Of a DNA stretch of 64,000 nucleotides, positions 52,881-64,000 are shown one piece after another. Made by a program: the position numbers and the translations under genes. Under the pieces are notes generated by a model. That model searched no databases. It worked only from the letters and a program-made list of their open reading frames with translations, and was not told the origin of the DNA. How positions within the stretch are numbered: position 1 is the stretch's first letter; the number at the start of each line of letters is the position of its first letter. This stretch comes from Felis catus (Eukaryota). The stretch spans positions 33,482,001 to 33,546,000 of the forward strand of contig NC_058368.1 in the NCBI RefSeq assembly GCF_018350175.1, read 5' to 3'.

Positions 52881-53179
52881 TAACATAATAAATATTCTTT
52901 TTGTAGTATCTCAAGGAAATGTTACCAAAATTGATGAAAGGTGAGCTCTGAAGAAAGTCTCCACCAATTTCAGAGAAACAAATTATGTAACATATGTTTT
53001 CTGGCTTCAGTGGAATTCAGGTTGAATTCAGTAACATGAAATAATTAGAAAACGTATTATATATATATTTAGTTGGAATAATAATAAAAACGTGTCAATT
53101 CAAAAATTATGCCTTAAACATATACAGTGATCTATATCATTTATTCCTTAAAAAAACTGGGGAAAAATATTTATAGGAA

Positions 53180-53421
53180 CTTAAAAAAAAGTACATCCTG
53201 TATAATTTCATTTGTCTTAAATTCTATACAATGCAAACTGATCTTTAATAACAGTAAGTAGATTACAGATTATCTGGGGAAAGTGATAGGTTGAGGGATG
53301 TGGGGAGAGGCAGACAAAATGGATTAAACAGGGTTTAAGGAAACTTGAGGGTGATGGATATGTTCTTTACCATTTTGATGTTGGATTCATAATTGTAAAA
53401 TATAATGGATATATATAAAAC

Positions 53422-53452
<31 letters not shown>

Positions 53453-53920
53453 TGACAAAGACATGTTCAAGAATATTCATTTATAATGGCCCCAAACTAG
53501 ATGCAACCCAAAGCTTCTGCAATTGTGTGTGGATAATAATGTTATATCTTAAAACTGCATATTATAGTTCGATAGCAATGAACAGATGACTGCTACATGC
53601 ACCAAAATAGAAGAACTTACATATATTAAGCAAAATAAGCCAAATACAAACATATTGTATGATTCCATTAGTGTAAGGTTTAAAAACAGGCAAAACTAAT
53701 GCATAGTGATATAAGTCCAACTGAGAGGTAACTTTGGGAAGTGAAAAGAGGGGAGGGAGACTGGGAGAAGGTACTGGCAGGAGATATTGAGTGCTGATAA
53801 TATCTCACTTTTGGGTCTGCATAGTAGTCATACAAATGCTGATTTTGAAATAAAATAATGAACCATACAATTTCTTCACTTTTATAAATGTATTCCCATA
53901 AAATATACTTTAAATAAATA
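53180..53920 (+). mobile_element. Old L1 3' end fragments (L1M/L1ME-like) with (TG)n at 53422-53454
   Basis: gggtgatggatatgttc, gacatgttcaagaatattcat and tattgtatgattccatt motifs. Confidence 0.65.
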
Positions 53921-54682
53921 TCATTACCGATCTTCACCTCTTTGTCTCCTGTCATCACTGATATACTCTCTGCCTTACCCTTTCGTTACTTTTACCTTCT
54001 GTGAAAGGTATAGTGGTTTATGCTCTAGGAAAGAAGTCCAAATGTATAGAAGAGAGATGTGAAATCTTTTCCACTGAAAACAACAAAGTATCCATAAAAA
54101 CTCCTTCCAACTTGCCTCTGTTATTCTTCTGAAGTAGAGATAAGAAACTACAGATGTAAAGGGGACAAGAGAGAAGACAAGAAGGGAGGGACACAGGAAA
54201 GAAAGAAAATGAAGGGAATGTCAAAGAGAATAGCTGTGAACTGAGGATTAGGACAATTAATGGAACTAAGAAAGCCCAAAGGACAAAGAAAATAAGAAAG
54301 GGAAGCCAGAAAATTTTCCATTCAGTCTTTTCACTAGTATTAAATACTGTTTATAATTTTGATCATTATACACATAGCTAAAAACTATAATGACTGCTGT
54401 TTTTCATTTTACAGGATGCCATGTAAGTAAATCTATAAGTAAATGTCTTCTTCAATTTCATAGGCCTTTGATAGGAATCCTTCCAGTGTCTTATTTTCAA
54501 GGTAAATCTCATGATACATTTTAAATTAAAATTTTCCCTTTGTTGGGATTTTTTACTTTCAAAGTTTTAATAAAATTATATGAAAACTTCTTATATATGC
54601 ATGAGTATAGACATATATCTCCTTATATTTAAAAGCTGTGTATTTCTAAAGTTTTTTATCAGTGCATTAATAGCATCAGTTT

Positions 54683-54888
54683 GGGGACACCTGGGTGGCT
54701 CAATCAGTTAAGCGTCTACTCTTGAGTTTGGTTCAGGTTGTGATCTCACAGTCTGTGAGATCTCACAGTCTGTGTCGGGCTCTGTGCTGATAGCATGTAG
54801 CCTGCTTGGGATACTATCTCTCCCTGTCTCTCTCTGCCCTTCCCCTGTTTTCTCTCTCTCTCTTTCTCAAAATTAATAAATATTTTTT
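54683..54888 (+). mobile_element. CAN-SINE with an internal duplication
   Basis: Head, (CT)n and tail; gatctcacagtctgtg occurs twice. Confidence 0.9.
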
Positions 54889-55213
54889 AAAAGCTTCAGT
54901 TTTGAGTATGTTTTATGAAGAGTTGATATTTCTCTAAAATTTCAATAACACTGGCTTATATCTATATTACTAATTATTTTAGGGAGAACTTTTAGGTTTT
55001 AAAATATACATGAGATTTATTGGGACACATTTGGAAATGTAAATGTATATATTCCAAAACATATTTAATACTTATTAGTAACTATACTCTCAATAACAAA
55101 AAGTACCATGACTTAGTAGAAAACAATTTATTAAGTGAGGCAATTATATCTGTATTCTAGGATAAAACCTTTACCCAATATATGCAAAAACTTATCACAT
55201 TGATTCTACGTGA

Positions 55214-56470
55214 ATATTTCATTGATGCTGAGAAATGTATTTTTGCACATTTTAGTATTTGTAATAGTGGGATGCATCTGACAATTGTTGTCACAATTGT
55301 TATAGTCTTACAATCACTGTAAGACTGTTAGCAGTTATGACAGAGCTGTCATTACCTGCCATGTATGACCTTGGTCTGAGCTATTCATATTGTAATTACT
55401 TCAATCGAATCATATGCGTTATTGGAACTACACATGTCAAGTTTGATTACCATTTTAAATGTCTTTTAAAATGTCCAACTATGTCTCAGCATTGAAATAC
55501 AAAATGGTATTGTGTATGCAGAGGCACAGAAGCAGAACCACAGGGCATAAATAAGACATTAGTGAAGCAAATATTCATCGTTGAAGGAATGTGGCTGCAA
55601 TTTCAAATTTTCTTGAAAGCAACAAGCAAATACTTTATGGGACTTGAACAAGGAAGACACTCCCAAGTAGGGAAGCTATCTTTTTTTTTTTTAATTTTTT
55701 TTTCAACGTTTATTTATTTTGGGGACAGAGAGAGACAGAGCATGAACGGGGGAGGGGCAGAGAGAGAGGGAGACACAGAATCGGAAACAGGCTCCAGGCT
55801 CTGAGCCATCAGCCCAGAGCCTGACGCGGGGCTTGAACTCACAGACCGCGAGATCGTGACCTGGCTGAAGTCGGACGCTTAACCGACTGTGCCACCCAGG
55901 CGCCCCGGGAAGCTATCTTATTTTATTTCTCTGAAATAGGTAAAAGAATTTTCAATCACTGGCCATGGGAAAAAAATGAAACGAGAAATTATCAATTCCT
56001 AGAAAAATTTGGACTAAGGGAGGGAGAGACTACTGTGGGAAATTATATATTATTTAAGTTATCAGTTTGTAGAACTTCCAGGTGATTTTGTGCACAGAGG
56101 CTTAAATTCCAGCAATAAGTAATTTTCTTGAGAAAAAACAAAACTATGAATATGGTAAAATCAAACACACTTATGTAATATCAGCATCTAAATTTGAAAA
56201 ATGGGTTTCAATGGCTTAGAAGAAAATTCTGTAGACAATAATTCAGTACTTATCTATAAAAGCTGGATAACCATGCTCTTGAGGGCAAAGAGTAATGCAT
56301 TATGTGGAAACATGAAATTGTTGGCCGTGATTTCAAAATTAATATACAAGATTTAGGCTATGAATGAGAGGGAATATTTAGCAATCTCTAATTTATCTTT
56401 CATGTATGCATTTTTGTTTATATGTGCCCTAAATTGATATATATGAAAAACATCTATTAAATTTAAGGTA
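55214..56470 (+). mobile_element. Kanga-like (TcMar-Tc2) DNA transposon relic, internally deleted and split by a SINE
   Basis: Decayed transposase N-terminus (DISEANIHR at about 55555-55581) and C-terminus (ASKFEKWVSMA.KKI at about 56184-56228); boundaries approximate. Confidence 0.7.
55683..55906 (-). mobile_element. CAN-SINE (very young felid type)
   Basis: Near-consensus with CpGs retained; 13-bp TSD gggaagctatctt (55670-55682 and 55907-55919). Confidence 0.96.
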
Positions 56471-56779
56471 GCTCACTCAATGACTGTAATATTTCTGTCT
56501 AAAACAAAGTCAAAATTTTACAAAACACATCCACGAACCCTGCCAAAGAAGCATTTATTTGTGAAAATTTGCAGAAACAGGAACAGTGTCAGAAACATGG
56601 GTTTCCCTTGACCCATTGTATTTTAGGCCAGAATGCAGTGATTTTGGCAACGGAATGTCAGAATGTGGAAGAAAAGCTCTGATTGTGGTGTTTTTAGCTG
56701 CATAAAGAAACAGACATGTTCCTGAAAGAAGCAGATATTTAGTAACAGATGACATGGCAGCAATACAGGTCCTGTTCTT

Positions 56780-57002
56780 TTTTCTCTTTCTTTCTAATAT
56801 TTATTTTATTATTTTTAAAGTGTATTTATTTATTTTGAGAGGGGGTAAGTAGAGGGACAGAGAGAGAGGGAGAAAGAATCTCAAGCAACCACGCTGTTAG
56901 CACGGAGCCCAATGTAGGGCTTGAACTCAAGAAACGTAAGATCATAATCTGAGCTGAAATCAAGGTTCAGACATTTAACTGACTGGGACACTCAGGTGCC
57001 CC
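56780..57002 (-). mobile_element. CAN-SINE (older)
   Basis: Reverse SINE at the tail of the downstream L1. Confidence 0.9.
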
Positions 57003-60000
57003 TGTTGTTTTAATTATATTTTACTTCAGTATAATTAACATACAGTGTTATATACAAGTTTCAGGTCTACAGTATAGTAATTCGACAATTTTACATATAC
57101 TCAGTACTCTTTATGATTACTGTATAGTTACCCGTCACCAATTTCACCCACCCCCCACACACCACCCCTCTGGTAATCAACAGTTTTTTTCTCTATATTT
57201 CAGAGTCTGTTTTTGTTTCTTTTTTTTCTTTGTTCGTTTCTTTTGTTTAGATTCCACATGACTGAAATTATATGGTATTTGTCTTTCTCTGACTTATTTT
57301 ACTTAGTATTGTACGTTGTACATCCATCCATGTTGCTACAAATGATAAAATTTCATTCTTTTTTCTATGACTGAGTGATACTCCATTGCATATGTGTGTT
57401 TATTCATTTATCAATGGGTACTTGAACTGCTTCCATAGTTTGGCTATTGTAAATATCGCTGCAATGAACATGGGGATGCAAATATCTTTTCAAATTAGTG
57501 TTTTCCTATTCTTTTGGAAAATACCCAGTAGTATAATTTCTGGATCATGTGGCAATCCTATTTTTAACTTTTTGAGGAACCTTCATACTGTTTTCTACAG
57601 TGGTGCACCAGTTTGCAGTCCCACCAGCTGTGGGAATTTTCAAAGGTGGCTTTTCCTCCCCAGCCAATACTTCTTGTTTATTATCTTACAGATTTTAGCC
57701 ATTCTGACACGTGTTAGGTGATATTTCATTGTGCTTTTGAATTTCATTTCTGTGATGATTAGTGATGTTGAGCATCTTTTCATGTGTCTGTTGGCCATCT
57801 GGATGTCTACTTTGGTCAAAATGTCCATGTCTTCTGCTCATTTTTAAACTGGATTGTTTTTAGTGTTGAGTTGCACAAATTCTTTGTATCTTATAGATAC
57901 TAACACTTCATCAGATATGTCATTTACAAATATTTTCTCCCATTCAGTGGGCTCTCTTTTTGCTTCCTCAATTGTGGGTTTTTGTTGTTGTTGTTGTTGT
58001 TTGTTTGTTTGTGTTGCTGTGCAGAAGCTTTTTATTTTGATATGGTTCCAATAGTGTATTTTTGCTTTTGTTTCCCTTGCCTTAGGAAACGCGTATAGAA
58101 AAATGTTGCCACAGGTGATGTCAGAGATATTACTGCATGTCTCCTCTTCTATGATTTTTATGGTTTCAGGTCTCACATTTAGGTCCTTAATCCATTTTGA
58201 GTTTATTTGTGTATGATGTAAGAAAGTGGTCTGGTTTCATTCTTTGTCTGTAGCTGTCAAGTTTTCCTCACACCGTTTGTTGAAGGGACTGTCTTTTTTC
58301 CCCTTACATATTCTTGATTCCTTTGTTGGAGATTGAGGATATAGTTGTGGGTTTATTTCTGGATTTTTTAATTCTATTCTCTTAATCTATATGTCTATTT
58401 TTGTGCCAGTACCAAACTGTTTAGATTATTATAGCTTTATAATATAACTTGAAGTCTAGAATTGTGATACCTCAAGTTTTGTTATTCTTTTTCAAGATTG
58501 CTTTGGCTATTCAGGGTCTTTTGTGGTTCCATTCAAGTTTTAGGATTGTTTGTTCTAGTTCTGTGAAAAATCCTATTGGTATTTGGATAGGGATTGCATT
58601 AAATCTGTAGACTGCTTTGGGTAGCATGGGTATTTTAACAATATTTGTTTTTCCATCCATGAGCCTGAAATACTTTTCCATTTATTTGTGTCATCTTCAA
58701 TTTCTTTCATCAATATCTTCTATTTTTTAGAGTACAGTCTTGCATCTGTTTGGTTAAATTTATCCTGAGGTGTTTTAATGCCATTGGTGCAATTGAAAAT
58801 GGGATTGTTTTCTTAATTTCTTTTTCTGTCGCTTCATTATTAGTGTATAAAAAATGTAATAACTTTATCTACATTGATTTTGTATCCTGTGACTTTACTG
58901 AATTCATTTATCAGTTCTTGTAGTTTTTTGATAGCATTGTTAGGCTTTTCTACATAGCGTATCATATGCAAATAGTGAAAATTTTACTTCTTACTTACCA
59001 ATTTGGATGCCTTGTATTCCTTTTTCTTGTGTGATTGCTGTGGCTGGGACTTCCAGTACTATGTTAAATAAAAGTGGTGAGGGTGGACATCCTTGTCTTG
59101 TTCCTGACCTTACAGGAAAAGCTCTCAGTTTTTCTCCATTGCGTATGTTAGCTGTGATGTTTCATATATGGCCACTATTATGTTGAGATATGTTCCCTCT
59201 CAACCTATGTTGTTGAGGGTTTTCATCATGAATGGATGTTGTCAAATGCTTTGTCTGCATCTATTGAAATGATCAGATGGTTTTATTCTTTCACTTGTTG
59301 ATATGATATATAACACTGATTAATTTGCAAATATTGAGCCATTCTTCTAACTCAGGAATAAATCCCACTTGACTGTAGTGAATGATTTTTTAAATGTATT
59401 ATTGGAATCAGGTTACTAATATTTTGTTGAGGGTTTTTGCATTTATGTTTTTTTTTTAGAGATATGGGCCTGTCGTTCTTTTTGGTAGTTTCTTCAATGG
59501 ATTTTGATATCCAGGTAATGCTGCCCTCACAGGATGAATTGGAAAGTTTTCCTTCTTCTTCTATTTGTTGAAATAAAAGGACAGCTTTGAGAAGGACAAG
59601 TATTATGTCTTCTTTAAATGTTCAGTAGAATTCACCTGTGAAGCCATCTGGTCTTGGATTTTTGTTCCTTGAGAGTTTTTTGAATACTGATTTCATTTCA
59701 TTGCTGATAATCTGTCTGTTCAAATGACCTATTTCTTCCTGATTCAGCTTTGGGAGATTTTATGTTTCCAAAAATTTATCCATATATGCTAGGTTGTCCA
59801 ATTTGTTGGCATTTAATTTTTTATAATATTCTCTTAAATCCTTTGTTTTCTCTGCTATTAATGGTTATTTCTCCTCTTTCAGTTCTGAATTTTATTTGAG
59901 TCCTGTCTCTCTCTGTCTCAGTCCCATCTCTCTTTCTGTTTCTTTCTATCTCTTTTTTATGAATCTGGCTAAAGGCTTATCAATTTTGTTAATCTTTTCA

Positions 60001-60014
60001 AAGAACTAGTTCCT

Positions 60015-60240
60015 GGGGCACCTGAGTGGCTCAGTCAGTAAAGCATCTGACTTCAGCTCAGGTCATAATCTTGAAGTTTGTTAGTTCAAGTCCCACATCA
60101 GCCTCTGTGCAGACAGCTTGGAGACTGGAGCCTGATTTAGATTCTGTGTCTTCCTCTCTCTCTGCCTCTCCCCATTTGTGTGCTCTCTCTCTCTCTCTCT
60201 CTGTCTCTCAAAAATAAATAAACATTAAAGTTAAAAAAAA
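60015..60240 (+). mobile_element. CAN-SINE inside L1
   Basis: TSD aactagttcct. Confidence 0.93.
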
Positions 60241-61706
60241 AACTAGTTCCTGTTTTCATTGATTTTTTTTTCAGTGTCTATTTCATTTATTTCTGTTCTA
60301 CTCTTTATTATTTACTTCTTTTTAATGGTTTGGGGTGTTTAGTTCTTGTTTTTCCAGCTCTGGTAGGTATAAATTTAGGTTGTTTGAGATTTTTCTTGCT
60401 TCTTGAGTTAAGCCTGTATTGCTATAAACTTCTCTCTTAGGAAACCTTTTGCTGTATCCCAGACATTTTGGACAATTGTATTTTCATTTTCATTTGTTCC
60501 AGGTTTTTTTTTCTTTTATTTCCTCTTTGATTTCTTGGTTGACCTATTCATTATTTAGGAGCGTGTTAGTTACTCTCCATGTATTTGTGTTCTTTTCAGA
60601 TTTTCTTGTGGTTGATTTCTAGTTTCATGGTATTGTGGTGGGAAAAGATGCATGGTGTGACTTCCATCTTTGTGCATTTGTTGAGACTTGTTTTGTGACC
60701 TAACATGTGATCTGTTCTGGAGAATGTTCCATGTGCACTTGAAAAAGAATATGTATTCCACTGTTTGGAAATAGAATATCCTGAATATATCTGTTAGATC
60801 CATTAAGTCCATTGTGTCATTCAAAGCCACAGTTTCCTTGTTGGTTTTCTGTTTGGATTATGTATCTATTGATGTAAGTGCAGTGTTAAGGTCCTCTACT
60901 ATTATTGTATTACTATTGATTACTTCCTTTATGTTTGCTAATAGCTGCTTTATGCATTTGCCTGCTCCTATGTTGTATGTATAAATATTTATAATTGTTA
61001 TATATTCTTGTTGGATTATTCCCTTTAAGATATTATAGGGTCCTTTTTTGTCTCTTGTTAGAGTATTTAATGTCTATTTTATCTTATAAAAGTATTGCCA
61101 CCCTACCTTTGTTTTCACTTAAATTTGCTTGGTAAATGTATTTCTAGACCTTCACTCTCAATCTGCATGCGTCTTTAGGTCTGAAATGAGTCCCTCGTAG
61201 GCAGCATATAGATGGGTCTTGCTTTCTTATCCATTCCTTTGCCCTATGTGTTTTGATTGGAAAATTTAGTCCATTTATATTCAAAGTAATTATGGGTAGA
61301 TATATACTTATTGTGATTTTTAAATTTGTTTTACAGTTGTTTTTGTACTTCTCTCTTCCTTTTTTCTCTCACTCCCTTCTTTCACATTTTTATTTTGTGG
61401 TTACTATTTATATATAACATCATATGCATATAGCAGTCTATATTAAATTGGTGGTCCCTTAAGTTTGAACCCATTCTAAAAAGCATTAAATTCTTACTCC
61501 CTCATCCCCCACCCCCACACACATTTTTTAGGTATATGGTGTCTTACTTTACTTCTTTTTATTTTGTGACTCCCTTGACTAATATTACTGTTTCTGTGCT
61601 TCCTGCTTTTCTTACTCTTACTTATGGTCTTTCCTTTCCATTCAAAGAGTCCCCTTTAACATTTCTTGTATGGCTTATTTAGTGGTGATGGATTTCTTTA
61701 ACTTTT

Positions 61707-61908
61707 TTTTAAAGTTTATTTATTTTGAGAGAGAGACAGTGTGGATAGGAGAGGGGAAGAGAAAGAGGGAGAGAGAGAGAATCCCAAGTAGGCTGCATGT
61801 TACCAGTGCAGAAACAAATTCAGGGCTTGAACTCATAAAAATGCAAGATCATGACCTGAGATGAAATCAAGAGTCAGGTGCTTAACAGAATGAGCCACCC
61901 AGGAATGC
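61707..61908 (-). mobile_element. CAN-SINE inside L1 ORF1
   Basis: TSD tggatt(t/c)ctttaactttt. Confidence 0.92.
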
Positions 61909-62518
61909 TGGATTCCTTTAACTTTTATCTGGAAAACTGTTTATCTCTCTTTGTATTCTGAATGATAGCCTTTCTGGGTAGTCTTGTCTGCAGGGTTTTT
62001 TGTTCTTTGTTGTTTTTGTTTGTTTTATTTCAGCACTTTGAATATATCATGGCATTCTCAGCCTGCAAAGTTTCTGCAGAAAAATCAGCTAATAGTCCCT
62101 TACAACGTTTACCTTGTATGTAACTGTTTTCTTTTGCTTCTCTTAAAATTCTCTCTTTATCAGTACTTCATGCCATTTTAATTACTATATATCTTGGTGT
62201 GGACCTCCTTGGATTGATTTTGTTGGAGTATCTCTTTGCCTCCTAGACTTGGATTTCTCCCCCGCCTCTCCCAGATTTAGAAAGTTGTCAGCTATTATTT
62301 CTTCAAATAAATAATCTGTTCCTTTTTATCTCTTCTCCTTCCGCAAATGTTATTACACTTGATGGTGTCATTGAATTCCCTTAATCTATTCTCATATTTT
62401 ATTATTCTTTTTTCTTTATATTGTTCATTGCTTGATTACTTTCCATTACTCTGTCCTCCAGGTTGCTGATTAGTTCTTCTACTTCCTCTTGTCTACTATT
62501 TATTCCCTCTAGTGTATT

Positions 62519-62735
62519 TTTTTTATTTTTTTAATGTTTATTTCATTTAAAAGAGAGAGAGAAACACAGCAGGAGTGAGGCAGGGGCAGAGAGAGAGGGA
62601 GACACAGAATCTGAAGCAGGTTCCAGGTTCTGAGCTGTCAACACAGAGCCCAATGCAGGGCTTGAACCCACGAACTGTAAAATCATGACCTGAGTTGAAG
62701 TTGGTCGCTTAGCCAACTGAACCACCCAGGCACGC
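62519..62735 (-). mobile_element. CAN-SINE inside L1 ORF1
   Basis: TSD ctagtgtatt (62509-62518 and 62757-62766). Confidence 0.93.
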
Positions 62736-64000
62736 CACCACCCCCCCCCCCGCCAACTAGTGTATTGTTAATTTCACTTATTGAGTTATTCATCTTTTAT
62801 TTGTTCTTTTTTATGTTCTCTATCCCTTTGTTGAGGTTCTCACTAGATCTTCCACTCTTTTCTCAAGTCTAGAGTATTTTTGTGAACATTACTTTAACTT
62901 TTCTATCAGGGTATTACTTGTCTGTGTTTCACCTAGTTCTCTTGCTGTGATTTTGTCCTGTTCTTTCATTTGGGACATCCTCCTGTGTCTCATACTGTCT
63001 AACTCTTTGTCTCTGTTAGGAAAGTCAGCTACTTCTCCTTCTCTTGAAAGTAGTGGCCTAATAAAGACAAGGTCCTATGGTGCTCTGTATTCCAGTGTCC
63101 CCAGTTCACCAGAACATGATGCTTCAGGTATGTCTCCTATGTGTGTTATGTGTGCCCTGTTGTTGTGGCTGAGTTTTGCTTGCCTCAGTCCAGTCATCTG
63201 CCATGGCTCTCTTTGCCTGTTGTGGGCAGGTTTGTCTGATATTACTCAAGCTCAAGGTGGCCTTGTATTTTTAGTGAGACAGTCTGGGGCTGGCTTGGGC
63301 TTGAGTTGGATCAGAGCAGGCATTTGACAGAACTATGATCACACCAAACTGCAGGATGCTTTCTCTTAGTGCCCTTTTCATTGGTTGATGGGGCCTACAG
63401 TCAGGCTTGACTATAGTCCCATTGCTGGGACTATAGTTGGGCTCTGTGTGTGGTTATCTTCCCCTCTCCCCTAGGCAGGAGTCAGTTTTCAGTGGTGCTG
63501 GGCTTTGTGATTGCTTTTTGCACAATGCCAAGCTCGTGGTGTTGCTTTGCATGGACTCCTGCCAGAGACGTGTTGTATTGAGCAACTCTGCAGGAAAGCA
63601 CAGGGTCAGGTCATATGATGTTAATGTTTGCAAAGGTCTGCTATTGGAGGAGACCTGGAGTTACTTTGGAGAACTCCTGAGATGGTGGGTTGTCAAGAAA
63701 ATGTATGGGCAGGGGACACTATTAGCAAGCAGGATGGAGAGTATTCACACTAGTTCCAGTGTTGTATCTAGGCTGGGGGCTGGGAGAGGGAAATGGCTCT
63801 TTTGTTTTGGAGAAATCTAAAGATCCCTGCCTCTCTTGCAAATGTTCTGACATTAGAAAATAAATCTCTTTGCCATATACCCCAGGCATTTTTCAAACTG
63901 CTGTTACTATGCTGTCTCACAGTGGAGTTACTTGATATGCTATCTTTTTAAGGGTGGGTACTCAGTTTCCTATGGCCCTCTGGCTCTCCCAGAGCCAAGC

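Larger units (their letters stand above)
57010..64000 (-). mobile_element. Near-full-length decayed carnivore LINE-1 (5'UTR, ORF1, ORF2, 3'UTR) with three SINE insertions
   Basis: ORF2 fragments in the ORF track ([50 protein letters not shown]); ORF2 N-terminus (IITLNINGLN) at about 61265-61316; ORF1 ATG at about 62993; many stops and frameshifts. Confidence 0.92.

Noticed and set aside
2379..62735. tRNA-like A/B boxes and repeated units that might suggest tRNA genes or a CRISPR-like array
   Set aside because: They are tRNA-derived SINE heads, dispersed with individual TSDs; there is no cloverleaf and no regular repeat-spacer period.
62947..63820. Two plus-strand ORFs of about 126 aa
   Set aside because: They are antisense to a decayed L1 5'UTR/ORF1 start, begin at non-ATG codons, and have no recognisable product.

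Overview
This is mammalian genomic DNA, almost certainly from a felid: it carries 29 tRNA-derived CAN-SINE copies of cat type plus carnivore L1s. The window is AT-rich, repeat-dense and intergenic or deep-intronic, and I recognise no host protein-coding gene or RNA gene. The only long ORF is the intact 3' half of a young L1 ORF2 at the left edge. A decayed, near-full-length L1 lies on the minus strand at the right edge. Other content includes old L1M/L2/MIR fragments, several MaLR/ERVL/ERV solo LTRs, three DNA-transposon relics and microsatellites. I see no evidence of a new multi-gene system. The strongest unexpected signal is a perfect 126-bp inverted copy of a nearby SINE tail plus its unique flank (2768-2893), inserted into another SINE at 5687-5812 with microhomology junctions. 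Also notable are a class II-like solo LTR with a 6-bp TSD and clustered forkhead motifs, and a CpG-retaining, motif-rich, repeat-free segment near 38-39 kb that may be an enhancer. Repeat subfamily names come from recalled consensus similarity, not from a database search.
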